From Macrostomum lignano (Eukaryota), in assembly GCA_002269645.1 (NCBI GenBank), contig NIVC01001342.1:186001-250000 (forward strand): a DNA stretch of 64,000 nt, in the 5' to 3' direction. The notes beneath the pieces were generated by a model. The model had not been told where the DNA came from, did no database searches, and worked only from the letters and a program-made list of their open reading frames with translations. Shown piece after piece: positions 31,862 through 43,789 of the stretch (positions are counted from its first letter, which is position 1; every line of letters starts with the position of its first letter). Position numbers and translations under genes: made by a program.

Positions 31862-33811
31862 TTATTCTTGCCATCGGTAGAAGTTCGGTACGAAAGGCTC
31901 AGTATTTTCCTCGTATTCCTTCAGCTTATTTTTAAAATTCTCATTGCTTTCTCCAAGCCGCCGCCAGGCAGCCATCATGACGACGAACCAGCAGGCGGCC
32001 ACCTCCATGTGGCTTTTCCAGCACCAGTACCAGTCGCTGTGCATCACGTCGCACTCCTTGCTGACCAGCGAGGCCTCCATGCGGCCGCGGACGATGGCGG
32101 CTGACTGGCGGAAAAGGCAGTGGTACCAGTCAAGAGTGGCATCGTTACCATCGATACTGATATTTATATTCGTGTCTTTGACCCAATGCGCCAGCTCAAT
32201 GAGTGCATTCTTGTACTCTGGATCTGAGGAATTCTCAATGAGGAATTTGGACAAATTATTTTCTCCGGCAACCCTGAAGAGCTCGTACACGCTGCAGTGC
32301 TCAAGCACTGGAATGTTTCTTTGAATTACCGGTGATTGTCTCGCGTGATACTTTCGGCTGAGACGCTGGACCACCGCTTCTCTGTTATTCTGGAGATGTC
32401 TGCTTTTTCGCAGTTCGCAGTATTCAATGGCGCTTCGTATTGCTGGGACGTTCTGATTCTGCGGAATCGCTTCCTCATCTGCGAGAGCGTCTCCCCAGAT
32501 ATCGTGATATTTATTAGTTCCGCTGGTCTTTGTCGTCTTTTTGTCGTAAGACCCGGCTGACGTAATTATGGGAACCAGACACTGAGCGTATGTATCCTTC
32601 ACTTTATCAAAGGTAACCTGAGGCAAATGCACTATCAGCGTGCGGTGCATCAGCGTGAGTATGTTGTCTCGCAGGATCCGGCAAGTATCTGTGACAGGCA
32701 GTGAAATGCACACCCAGCATACTCCATCAAATGTGCACTGCATGTCAAAAGTGTCGAGTTCTACTTGATCTGCAATTTCGCGCCGGAGTGTTGGCTTGAA
32801 AGTATTCGTCCCATATTTAATCAGTCGGTTCTCGTTGAACAGCGCGAGTCTAAGGGTCAGAGCCTCATCTCCGTCTCCCGCACCTATCTGTGGCGGAAGC
32901 TTCCAAGTATTGTCGCAGCACTCCACCATCTTAAGAGTGACTGTCCTCGCCCACGTGGAAAAGCTCTCGCCGCTCATAATGCAATTCATTTCGTTGTCGG
33001 CCAGTTGGTCGAGGTTTCCCAGCTTGACGCAGTTGCCCAGGATGACAAGTTTTTCACTCGGCTTGGTCTTGTACTTCACTCGAATGTGAATTTTCACAGG
33101 CTTTTGCTCATCTGCAGAAAATAAGCGAACTTTGCTGTCACCCCAGTTGGTTTCCAGAGTGAACCGAGGCTTTCCGCCGTTTGCATTGAGTGGCACACTT
33201 CTAAGGACATCACAGCTTCTTTCATTGTTGGGTCTCAAGCGGTTTCTGTGGTCGTCGAACACAGCGAGACCAAATGACAGATTGACACCATTCGGAAGAG
33301 TTAGACGGCCATCAGGATGTTTCCACATTAAGACATTGAGTTGTTGCTTCTCCCAAATGCTGTTGCGTTTGTACTTCATCAAGTTTTTTTTGTCAGCTCG
33401 AACGTTTTCGTTGCCAAGCTCATCGCAGCTCCCGACAACAGCAACCTTCTCACCAAAACTTGTGCTATAGTGAGTTCTTACAGCGATCTCGGCGTTTACA
33501 AATAGTTTTATATTCTGGTCATCGAAAGCGGATTCTATAGTAACACGATTCCCATCGTCCACGGTGAGCTGCACAGAACGTTGAGGAACATTTTCTGGTT
33601 GCCACTGATCCCCGACATACTGGTAGAATCTGAATGCAAGATCATCTCTCACCATGTTGATCGTGAGTTCTGTCTGCCAGACATTGTTTCCCAAGTTGGC
33701 CAGTGGCCTGACATTCCGAAGCTCATTACAGTTTCCTTTAATTCCGATTTGCGCTCCATCTGCTGCATAGAATTTAGTCCGGAAGAGAACAGTAACATTA
33801 AACTCCGCCAT
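31862..33811 (-). CDS. Gene C: intronless 649-aa paralog of gene B with three CBM20-like domains and the same C-terminal domain
   Basis: ATG at 33811 (MAEFNVTVLFRT). Collinear with B except for a 747-bp in-frame deletion. Canonical-looking CBM20 start AVRTHYSTSFGEKVAVVGSCDELGN. Confidence 0.87.
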   Translation of the reverse strand: MAEFNVTVLFRTKFYAADGAQIGIKGNCNELRNVRPLANLGNNVWQTELTINMVRDDLAFRFYQYVGDQWQPENVPQRSVQLTVDDGNRVTIESAFDDQNIKLFVNAEIAVRTHYSTSFGEKVAVVGSCDELGNENVRADKKNLMKYKRNSIWEKQQLNVLMWKHPDGRLTLPNGVNLSFGLAVFDDHRNRLRPNNERSCDVLRSVPLNANGGKPRFTLETNWGDSKVRLFSADEQKPVKIHIRVKYKTKPSEKLVILGNCVKLGNLDQLADNEMNCIMSGESFSTWARTVTLKMVECCDNTWKLPPQIGAGDGDEALTLRLALFNENRLIKYGTNTFKPTLRREIADQVELDTFDMQCTFDGVCWVCISLPVTDTCRILRDNILTLMHRTLIVHLPQVTFDKVKDTYAQCLVPIITSAGSYDKKTTKTSGTNKYHDIWGDALADEEAIPQNQNVPAIRSAIEYCELRKSRHLQNNREAVVQRLSRKYHARQSPVIQRNIPVLEHCSVYELFRVAGENNLSKFLIENSSDPEYKNALIELAHWVKDTNINISIDGNDATLDWYHCLFRQSAAIVRGRMEASLVSKECDVMHSDWYWCWKSHMEVAACWFVVMMAAWRRLGESNENFKNKLKEYEENTEPFVPNFYRWQE

Positions 33812-34156
33812 GGTACTGGTAGCTGGTAGCCTCACGGCAGAATTCGAGGCCTCGAGAAGACTTCAGGACAGCGCAGATCCAGTCCTGATTGAGAGGCTCC
33901 GCTGATCTTCTTCAAAATCGGCTCGAGTGAGCAGTTGCCAAGCAGAATGGCCAAGTCAGCTCTGTGCTGCGAGAGCAGTGCGGGAAAGGCGGGCTTAGTC
34001 AGGGTTGGAGCGAGAAAGAGTTGCAGCGAATTCAATTCGGAGTGCCAGACAGAAGACTATATAAATACATGTAGTTTGGATTAGTCTAGGTATTAGGACG
34101 CAGAGGGGAGACCCGCTCGCAGAACAGGCGGGGGGGGGCAGCAGCCTGATGGGCCA

Positions 34157-34262
34157 TAAATGGGGCCTCAGACCTGCCCAGTCATTTCTGCCTCTTATCG
34201 ATCCGTACGGTTTAAAAACCCCGGCAGTGAAAGCGGATCAGCTCGTACTAAACTGAGTGTGA
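34157..34262. repeat. ~105-bp dispersed repeat (second copy 36558-36660)
   Basis: ATAAATGGGGCCT..GATCCGTAyGGTTTAAAAACCCCGGCrGTGAAAGCGGATCAGCTCGTACTAAACTG in both. Confidence 0.85.
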
Positions 34263-35477
34263 AGTTTTGCCATAAAAAACGCATTCTAAATAAATTTTAT
34301 TTTATTTACGACCCCTTTCGCATGCTGAGTTTATTTGCAAAATACGAGCTATGCGTGGAGAAAAAAGAGAAAAACCAGAGCAATTGCACGCAGACGAGTG
34401 CTTGATGACGGAATTGTAAAGGCGAGTGCAGGCAGCTCTAAAAGTTCAGCTTCCACTTTAAAGGGTTTTATGGCTTTTATGTGGGGCAGGGACCTCAACT
34501 ACAGCCAATGCTGAGACATTTCAGATGGCGCAAGAGCAGGAAGATCCGTGGGAATCGGCCAGAATCGCGAGTCTGGGAATTCGGCGCACTAATATTCGAT
34601 GAGAACATTTTGAAGGGTTTGCGTGGGGGAAAACTTATAATAAATAACGGGACAGTTGCACACCTATTCCTGCTTGCTGTTATATTAATTTTTTACTAAC
34701 CTACGTGTGCTGATCGATTCTGCTGACCCCTGAGGATCAAGGATAAGAATGAGCACTACCATGACTTATTGTTATATAATAATTTTTAAGGGTCTTTGAC
34801 CTACTAAAGGATAACCATCTACAAGCCAGAATACTTACAGCATATCAGTAGTAGAATTAATTTAGCATTAGTTTTGAGTTAGCCATACGATTGTGCATCA
34901 GGCTTATCCTATACGCTTACTGCTTGCTATCTGCATTGTCCGCAAAAAATAGAAAGTTTTCAAGTTATTTTTATCTCTAAAGCTTCTCAACATACTACTT
35001 TTACTTGCTACTTGCTCAATCCTCCCATAATCCATTTTCAACCCGCTTTCTTCAAGCCTCATTCAACTCGCTCCCCAAAAGCAGATCCCAACAACTTTCA
35101 ACCATCAGCGCAGGGTCCTCACCCTCTTAAAAAAATTATTTGCGATAAGAATGTTCCCAGTTGTCTCCCCAGGTTCCTATTATAAACAGCACGAGCCGAA
35201 TTACAAATCCAAGTCCGTCTTTGTTACACATTTCGTGTCTTGAGTCGGTGCACTAAACTCTGCACATATCGGCTGTGTAGGCAACATCAATTTCCTTCTC
35301 AATGGCCTTCAAGTATTCTGCTGCAGCTCCACACCAGGTACTTTAACCTTTGCTTGTCAATCGATTGAAGCCAATAATTGATGAGAAGATTGTGCAAAAA
35401 TACCCAATACAGTGGATTCTTAGCAGCATGGATTGCAGCCGCAAGACCATAGTTGCATCTCTACTAACTCTCTTCAT

Positions 35478-35825
35478 ATAACCGGGGTCATTCTCATCCC
35501 CTTTCTTTTCATTGGGGATGAAGCCAGCTAAATCCCTAGATGAAACCTGGGTTCTCAACCAAACAATACCAAAATTGGCAATCCTCTCCAGCACACAAAT
35601 TCACTTACGCAGAAAATTTACTCTTGCAGAAGAGAAAGATTCTTCAAATTAAAACGCAGTTGCCTGAGTCGGCCGCTAGCATGCAGTGGTCTGGCTCTGT
35701 TTAATCCTAGCGGATAAGCAGAGAGTTGAGTGAGTTAAAAAGCTTCCCTTCGCTGACTAAGTAAGTTTCGCTGGCAAAGCAAATCTTCTCTTGCTCGCCA
35801 GAGATTCGGAGTTCCGGACTCTCTA
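35478..35825. repeat. Diverged copy of the gene A upstream region (11945-12245)
   Basis: ATAACCGGGTCATTCTCATCCCCTTTC..GATGAAACCTGGGTTCTCAACCAAAC and CGCCAGAGA.TCGGAGTTCCGGAC shared. Confidence 0.85.
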
Positions 35826-36724
35826 TTATAGGACGCAAGAAGAAGCCATTATAGCGCTTCTGTTTTGCGGATTGAATGTCTGTTTTCTGCAGCTCCAGCT
35901 CTTTTGTATATGCTGAAAGTCGATGTGTCAAACTGCATGCGCCAACCAATGGGGTTGTCTTACTTCTTGGACTGTGGCCTGGCCGCGGCGCAATCGCTCG
36001 AGTCTTTTGTGTCTTCAATGCTTTGATTATTATCTTCAACAAAGAGTAATGAAGTGGCGCACATCACTAAGCTATATGAAGATGCACAAGAGGGTAGCTG
36101 CTTGCGAGTTCATTTTCTGCCCCAGCATCATAAAAAAGAGCGGAAGAAACCCACCAGAACCCCCCCCCACTTGTTTCTTTCTATCTCTGTCGGCAGTGAG
36201 TAATACACTAACCCCATCTTTCTGGTGTGAGCATGCCCACACCATTAGCATAATTTGCTCTTTTGAAACCCTGAGTACCTTTTTCTTTTCTACCCTGCTT
36301 GCTGCTCGTGTTTGCAGTTTTCATTCAGCTATCTATTCATTTTTAACACAAGACAAAGTAGATGAGTAATGAGTAACCTTAGACACTAAATTGAAAATGA
36401 ACCTGCCGTATAAATAACTGTTGTCACGCTTATCTAGTTTTACATACTTTTCTGAATCTCTCAATTATTACAATTATTTTATCATGAATGACGTAGACAG
36501 GAAACTGCCCAGTAAAATGCTATGAGGATGTAAGAATAGGCACTGTAGACACTGCACTATAAATGGGGCCTGAGACTTGACCCGTCATTCCTGCCTCTTG
36601 TCGATCCGTATGGTTTAAAAACCCCGGCGGTGAAAGCGGATCAGCTCGTACTAAACTGCGCGCGTGGTCTGCTAGAAAAGGCTTTCTGAAGCTGGCAGCT
36701 TTGATTTACAATCCACACTTACAA

Positions 36725-37163
36725 ATATTTCACAAAAAACTTCCTTTCACACCCGGTAGGCATAGGGGAGCACTGCACCTCCCCGGTTATTCTTTTACGG
36801 GCCCCGGTACAAATTTAACATTAAGATTAAACCCTATAACGGATCAACCGCAACCCGATAGTCTTCCTATAAACCCTATGGACTGGGCGGGATATCGACA
36901 CGATAAACGTTATAGAGAAGCAGGAAATTCAGAAGACCCCCTCTGCTCAAAAACATATAGCTGACGAGCAAATGTTACAAGAGCTTGACGCAATTCCAAC
37001 ACAAGACTTGGCCATAAAAGAGCGACTAACCCGACGTATGGTCAAGAGAATTATTCAAGCAAAGGTAAGATTTGCTTCGAATCAAAATATAGAAGCAAAA
37101 TATGCTTCAAATGAGCAGCTCGAAAAGAAATGGAAGGTAAAGCCGTGGGAAAGAAAACAATAA
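36725..37163 (+). pseudogene. Parvovirus VP1u / Polinton-adintovirus-type phospholipase A2 gene, +1 frameshift at ~36950
   Basis: LHLPGYSFTGPGTNLTLRL..PINPMDWAGYRHDKRY matches the viral PLA2 Ca-loop (YxGPG) and HDxxY. Removing one A from the A5 run at 36949-36953 restores SKHIADEQMLQEL..ERLTRRMVKRIIQAKVRF. Confidence 0.8.
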
Positions 37164-37428
37164 AAAATCAGAGTAATTGCACACAGGCAAGGCCAAGCCT
37201 GCAACATACGGGGTTTAACCCCCCCGCATGAGACGTAGGGGGCGGTACAGAGGAGGGCACAAGGGAGGTGATGGGGCAACTCACTTTACACTGAGGCCAA
37301 CGGAGCAGGCCTGGTGTAAGGTAGGCATTGCAAAGGAAACTGCAATTATCAAGAAGAAATAATCAGTCATTAAAAAATTCTATGCCTATAATAACCACCT
37401 GCTTATAGACATTGCTAATAGATGCTGC

Positions 37429-37938
37429 TCATTCACTTATCATATCCTCATCAGCGTTGGCACCCGCTTCAGTAGCAAAAGGAGCCTCAGTAGTAGCAGC
37501 ACCACCTGTAGCATCTGCGGTGGTGACAGCAGCACCTGTAGCATCTGCGGTGGTGACAGCAGCACCTGTAGCATCTGCGGTGGTGACAGCACCACCTGTA
37601 GCAACTGCGGTGGTGACAGCACCACCTGTAGCAACTACTGCGGTGGTGACAGCAGCACCTGTAGCAACTGCGGTGGTGACAGCAGCACCTGTAGCATCTG
37701 CGGTGGTGACAGCAGCACCTGTAGCATCTGCGGTGGTGACAGCAGCACCTGTAGCATCTGCGGTGGTGACAGCACCACCTGTAGCAACTGCGGTGGTGAC
37801 AGCAGCACCTGTAGCAACTGCGTTGGTGACAGCAGCACCTGAGGCAACTGTGGTGGTGACAGAAGCGACACCAGCAGCCGCATCCCATTCTCTTGGAGTT
37901 GACCGTCTCGAGAAATGGATGCTGCATAGAAGCGTCAA
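37429..37938 (-). other. 30-bp tandem repeat, open as a Thr/Ala-rich mucin-like peptide (TTADATGAAV)n
   Basis: Repeat 37490-37860 is open on both strands and no signal peptide is seen, so coding status is uncertain. Confidence 0.35.
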
Positions 37939-40900
37939 GCTTGGTGCAAATTTCCTGCGCAGTCTCTTTGCTCTTCGACCTGCGAATTCCTCGATTCGAC
38001 ATCAACCAGAGCCGCTCTCACAACGCCTCATTTCGTCTGTCCCTCTATCCCTACACTCCCTCTCTCCCTGCACTCCCTCTCTCCCTACACTCCCTGTCTC
38101 CCTACACTCCCTCTCTCCCTACACTCCCTCTCTCCCTACACTCCCTGTCTCCCTACACTCCCTCTCTCCCTACACTCCCTCTCTCCCTACACTCCCTCTC
38201 TCCCTAAACTCCCTCTCTCCCTACACTCCCTCTCTCCCTACACTCCCTCTCTCCCTACACTCCCTCTCTCCCTACACTCCCTCTCTCCCTACACTCCCTC
38301 GCTACCTACACTCCCTCTCTCCCTACACTCCCTCGCTACCTACATGCATGCAACGATCGGCAGGTTCATTGGTTTGTTTCAGTCGAATTTCCTGGAATTG
38401 AGACCGACTGTCGCATCATGTTTTCTCAGCCATCTTTGAGCTGTTTTTTGCTAAATATTACTAGCAGTAGTATAATGGCAAGCATGGTTTCAGTGCATTT
38501 TGAACTGCATGTTTCTTTTGTATCAGAAATCTCTCGCAATGTCCATAATGACTGAAGAAATGAAGCAAAGGCAGACACCTGCACTGCACTGTCTACCTCT
38601 CCCTGCCCACTCTTCCTGTCTACATCACATTACATTCTGTTATAATGCACACGGCTATACAGCTCAGACAAACAATAACTCAGGAAAAAAGTCTATTTGA
38701 TATTTCACATCGTTCATGGCGCATTGGTGTCTGTCTATCAATTAATCAGATTATTTGTGATATTAAAGCTTTTTTATTCTCAAAATTTTCCGTTTCTTTC
38801 TAACAGTAAATATTTGAATACCGGAAGCAGCGAGACTAAACTTCCACCTAAAATAGAATCAACGAATTAAAGAAGAACCTGACAACGCCGCCCTTGATTC
38901 AGTGGGCTTGAGAAGAGATAGTGCGACCAAAAAAGCTTTCCACGAAGACACCATCCTCCATCAGCTCGTCCACGAGGTTGGAGACAGCAGTACCTGTATG
39001 GCTTGCTAGATTTAACACAATTCAAGCCGGCTTGGACAACCCGTCGTGATTGATCTCATCGATACAATTGGAGGCAGCGGACTGGACCGGAGCATCTGCT
39101 TCAAGAGATATCGATAGAGACTTTACGATTGGAGTCGATTCAGATGGAATAGGCGATCCGGCAGACTGGCTCCACATCCAGCATACATCAGTAAATACAC
39201 GACTAGCCGTCGCATATGCTGAAGTGTGAAATCCAGCAGGTCGGCTCTGCGATCGAGAATTGAGTCTTTAAAAAGAATCGCCGATCTCACTCCGAAGACG
39301 CGTGTTGTCTACGTTCTGCGCTGGTTGTCGAGGCGTTGACAGGTACTTTGGTGCATTAGGGGACATTTTAGGCACATAAATATAAGCTTGCTGAGGTGAA
39401 CATCTGCTTGAACTTGTCAGGCAAACAAAAGGTGAAATTTATCTATCTCAAAATGTCATTGAAAACACGAATGAATTCGTATGAATTTTTAGAAAATGCA
39501 TGAGGAGAAAATGTCCAAATTAGCGCAGTACACCTTGCCGCAAAGGATACCGAATACTGTAGGAATCTCTCCCGACATGGCCGGAGAACAAGAATTTCGA
39601 CAGCAATATTAACTGATTTCTTCAAGAATCACAATGATATAGACTCAGAAACATCTAAAAGTCGCCATCACAGAAGACTTGAGTTGAGCAATGAAGTGGG
39701 GGGGGGAAGCGGTGTGCGAGGGTTGGACGGATCAAAGCTACCCCGATCAGTTTTCTCGTATCTTTTATTTCAGAATAGTCCAACAGAAATTGCTCACTGG
39801 CGCATAGAGTGGCAACTTTTCAATGTTGCTGATTATCGATATAGGCCGTAATAGGCGCAGGATAAAGAGTAAGCAGTTTGAAACTATAAATGTTCTGTTT
39901 TGTTGTTAAGAGCGCGGATCAGCACTGGCCAAGTGGGCTCTGCCGCTGGGTTGGTGGGTCTCCAGGAGTATAGACTCAGGCCACCTGAACCTTGGACTCC
40001 CATTTTCGTAGCTCAGAGCTTGGGCTGCATCACAAAGATAGCAGTAATTTTGGAGTGGCCTGGGTGAGCGCCTTCGTGGGCGAGAATTTCGGCTGGTCCT
40101 AACTGCGAAGCTCTACTTTTTTGCAAGGTCTGGAACTGCCACCACGCTTAGCAGACCAGGTCCGGCCTCCTCAGAGACCATCATCCGCCGGCGTAAACTA
40201 CCCATCAGGCAGAGTCGACCAGTTGGGCAGCCTGGGAGATCAATGGCGTCACGCGCAAGCGACATCTCCAAAGCCTAGGATACCCGAATTCCCGATGGAT
40301 CTCACTGTAGCAGGGCAATACCACTTCTGGGGCTCAAGCTGCCGCCTGAGCTCAGCAAGAGGCCTGACCAGGTGGTCCGCTTGCCAGTTGCCTGCAGCAC
40401 AAAGCGCGGTCATCTTCCTGATCATCGGCCCAGCAAACCCAGGCCGCACCGCAACCCTCCGGGCTGAGTGCGCCATTGGTGACAATCTCATCTGCAGAGA
40501 CCGTCTGCTGTTCTGTTTTACTGCACGATAAAAATTAACGAAGACTTTATCAATGGGATTGGATTGGTTGATGAGGAAGAGACCCTGTCGGATCCAAATA
40601 ATATATTTTATCATATAAAGAACTCATTGTTTGTTTCAAAATATCGCGAAATTTATACTATTTTCGTCAAATACAATCATACTTACATTGCTTCTTTTAA
40701 TCGCTTTGAAATCCATACGTACGTTTCAAAATTTATAATAGTACTGCGTTATCAACCCCCCTTGATCTCAACACACTCTCTCAAATGCATACTGCTTTGA
40801 GCGCAGGAATACAGCTCTGGAAATTACTGAAATATTCATTTAATCTTTCAACTTTCTAATTACTTTTTTATTCACCTCGGAGTATAGCGGATGGTTGGTT

Positions 40901-41696
40901 GGATAATCTGATGCGTCTTTTTTTCCAGATCCTCATAAACATCCTGAGTAATCACAGAAAACAGCATGCGGTGAGTCACACCCTGAGTAAATGCAATTGA
41001 CAACTGTTCCAATTCTTCCCAATAACTTTGTAATAGCAATCGTAGATTAATATTGTTGCATATAACGTGTATCATATTTCTGGGAAATACTGCCTACCTC
41101 TCTCGGACGCCGGACGGCAGCTCTGACTGGTTGACCTGGGGGGTCGCAGCGTCCCAACAGGTTGGCTGTAGGCGGGCGCTCCCGATGAAGGGTCGCAAAA
41201 CAACCGCATTTCTCACCAGTAGCCAAATTCAACAAATTCCAGTTCCTTGTTCTCGTTTCAAGTCAGTTTATGCTGTCTGATAATTTCAGCAATGCTATAT
41301 CGGTAGATGTAGATAGCCGTCATAATCATGAATTATTACTTTATGCTGTTTGATAATCTCAGCAATGCTATATCGGTAGATGTAGATAGCCGTCATAATC
41401 ATGAATTATTACTTTATGCTGTTAAAACCAGTGAGCCTTAAGTACTAATTTAATATTTGATACGTTTGGGAGGCTTGGCAAGGCTGCAAAGCGCTTATGG
41501 GAAAAATCCGAACTTCTGGCAGAATTATGGAAAATTTCGACGATGTCCGGAGGGCTTGCAACTTGTTTCTTGTTTGAGCAGGAGCGCGACAAAAAGTGAG
41601 CCCGGGCTCTTGACTTTCGTGTGCCTGCGTTGCTTCGCTGGTAGTATAGGATGCCTGGACAAGAAAGTATATTTACAGAGATTTTTTATACGACGC

Positions 41697-41830
41697 ACTG
41701 TCAAGGAAAGGCAGAGGTCTGGAGCCAGGGTCACTGCAAGAGGCTTTCATATAGAGCTCGTGTATTGTGGCCAAGCGCAGACTCGAACCCGGGACCCATC
41801 TGGGGCTTCGCTAACCACTTTCACAAAGCA
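41697..41830 (-). mobile_element. Possible tRNA-derived SINE
   Basis: The minus strand has an A-box-like GTGAAAGTGGTTAGCG followed by B-box GGTTCGAGTC. It begins exactly where homology to the 5600 copy of the flank repeat stops. Confidence 0.4.
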
Positions 41831-42002
41831 AATAATTCCAAGGCACATCGTAACGGTGGAAGGAGTCACGGCCTAGCGTTTCTCTGTGAACTGTTTATTT
41901 GAAAAAAAACTTGTGGTAGTACTCAAATTATCAGAATGAGAACTCAGAAATGATAAAGCGAAGCCGGGTCACCTGTCCATTGCCAGGTAGTAGCCAGCCG
42001 GG

Positions 42003-43373
42003 TCACCTGTCTATTGCCAGGCAGTAGCCAGCCGGGTCACCTGTCTTTGCCAGGCTGTAGCCAGCCATCTCAGCAGCCGTTCGGCCATTTGAGTCGGGCA
42101 GGACCAGACACTGCGGCCCAACCTCGCTGAGGAGCCAGTCCATCAGCTGCTTCTTCTTGCTGTTCGCAGCGGCATAGTGAGCCACCGTCTGACCGCTACG
42201 ATTCGTCAGACCGAAGGCGGCGACGCCCAGCGTCTCCTTGATGAGCCTCAGCGAGTCCACGTCCTGATGCCGAGCTGCCAGGTGCAGCGCCAGGCTGCCG
42301 TCGGTGTCCCTCAGCTGCAGGCAGTCGGGTCCCAGCTGGCCGACAATCCACCGCAGTGCGGAGCTGCTTCTGCAGTTGATGGCTGCGAAATGGGCCGCAG
42401 TTCTCTGCTTGTCAGATGCCAACGTGAGGCATTTCGGTCCGAGCGAGCTCACCGCCAGCTGCATCGACTTCTCGTCCTGATGCTGAGCTGCCTGGTGAAC
42501 CGGCGTTTCGCCAAACGCATTTTTGGCCAGCAGACACTCCGCTCCCAGCTCCTTGACGCACCAGTCAAAGGCGGAGTTGCTGATGACGTTTCTCGCTGCG
42601 CAGTGCACCGAAGTATCTTCGCTGAGGCCTTTCAGCATGAAGACGTCAGGACCAAGCTGCTCCTTGATGAACTGCATCGAGTCGGAGCCCTGTCTGAATG
42701 CGGCCAGGTGAACGGGAGTGCAGCCCTGCTTATCCGTCTCCATCAGAGAGTCTGAGCCGCACTCGCTGACCAGCCACCTGAAGGCTGAGTTGCTGCTCAA
42801 ATTCATGGCTGCCTCGTGAACGACTGTGCGGCCAAATTCGCACCGCTGCTTGAAGCAGCCGGACCCGAGCTGCTCTTTGATGAACTGCAACGAGTCGCAG
42901 CCCTGAATCATGGCTGACAGGTGAGCAGGCGTGCTGCCACCAGAAGCTTCCACCCTGAGACAGGCTGGTCCAGCCTTCTGAACCAGCCACTTCAGAGCCG
43001 AGTTGCTGTGCGGGTTCAGCGCCGCCGTGTGCACGATGGTTCTGCCGTGGTATCCCCTCAGCTTGAGGCACGCAGGTCCCAAGCAGCTGTAGATGAACTC
43101 CATGGAAGCCGCACTCTGGTACTGAGCTGCCAGGTGCACAGCGAGAAATCCATGTTCATCCCTTGATTTTGACAGGCAGGCAGTTCCGAACTTCCTAACC
43201 AGCAGCTTGAGACAGTCGAGTCCGTACGGCTTTCTAGCGACTTGGTGAACCACCGGGCCTTCGTAACTGGCTGTCCTCACCGTCAGGTTGCTGTCCAGCT
43301 GCCTGCACAGCTGCAGCAGCCGGTCGCAGTCGTCAGCATCCAGGGCAGCTCGCAGCTGGTCAGCAGTGGCCAT
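42003..43373 (-). CDS. Intronless ankyrin-repeat protein (456 aa from ATG 43373), ~11.5 repeats
   Basis: Alternating 36/35-aa repeats (G.T.VH.AA.N..S.SAL.W.V...G..CL / G.TP.HLAA..Q..DS.QFIKEQLG). Confidence 0.88.
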   Translation of the reverse strand: MATADQLRAALDADDCDRLLQLCRQLDSNLTVRTASYEGPVVHQVARKPYGLDCLKLLVRKFGTACLSKSRDEHGFLAVHLAAQYQSAASMEFIYSCLGPACLKLRGYHGRTIVHTAALNPHSNSALKWLVQKAGPACLRVEASGGSTPAHLSAMIQGCDSLQFIKEQLGSGCFKQRCEFGRTVVHEAAMNLSSNSAFRWLVSECGSDSLMETDKQGCTPVHLAAFRQGSDSMQFIKEQLGPDVFMLKGLSEDTSVHCAARNVISNSAFDWCVKELGAECLLAKNAFGETPVHQAAQHQDEKSMQLAVSSLGPKCLTLASDKQRTAAHFAAINCRSSSALRWIVGQLGPDCLQLRDTDGSLALHLAARHQDVDSLRLIKETLGVAAFGLTNRSGQTVAHYAAANSKKKQLMDWLLSEVGPQCLVLPDSNGRTAAEMAGYSLAKTGDPAGYCLAIDR

Positions 43374-43557
43374 TGCATGGGTCAGGGGTGAGAGGGCCTT
43401 TGCTGCTGAGCCAGACAAAGTCACCAATATGGCAGCAGAGTGCCGCAGAACCAATCGGGTTGGCCCATAGACACCAAGGAAGTGCGCGACCGTGAGATGC
43501 GCGCTCTTTGTTGGCGAGCAAGTCTGCAGAATATCTGCTAGAGTCTGTAGCAGATTC

Positions 43558-43703
43558 GCTCTCTGATGGAGCGGAGAGGCTGATTCACTCTCTGATGGAG
43601 CGGAGAGGCTGATTCACTCTCTGATGGAGCGGAGAGGCTGATTCACTCTCTGATGGAGCAGAGAGGCTGATTCACTCTCTGATGGAGCAGAGAGGCTGAT
43701 TCA
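43558..43703. repeat. 29-bp tandem repeat upstream of the ankyrin gene
   Basis: (CTCTGATGGAGCGGAGAGGCTGATTCACT)x~5. Confidence 0.93.
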
Positions 43704-43789
43704 AGCAGCATTCAGCAAGATTCAATCAGTGTGCAATCTAATAATCCATGTGTCAATCCACAGTGTATTCTGTGGTACAATCTGAACAC

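Noticed and set aside
33812-33835. ORF-track start of gene C at 33835 (and extended starts at 25813, 43454)
   Set aside because: These are non-ATG starts. Alignment with paralogs supports ATGs at 33811, 25654 and 43373.
38760-40520. Coding-like stretches between the PLA2 relic and the flank repeat
   Set aside because: No long ORF or recognisable motif was found in manual translation, so they are left unannotated.
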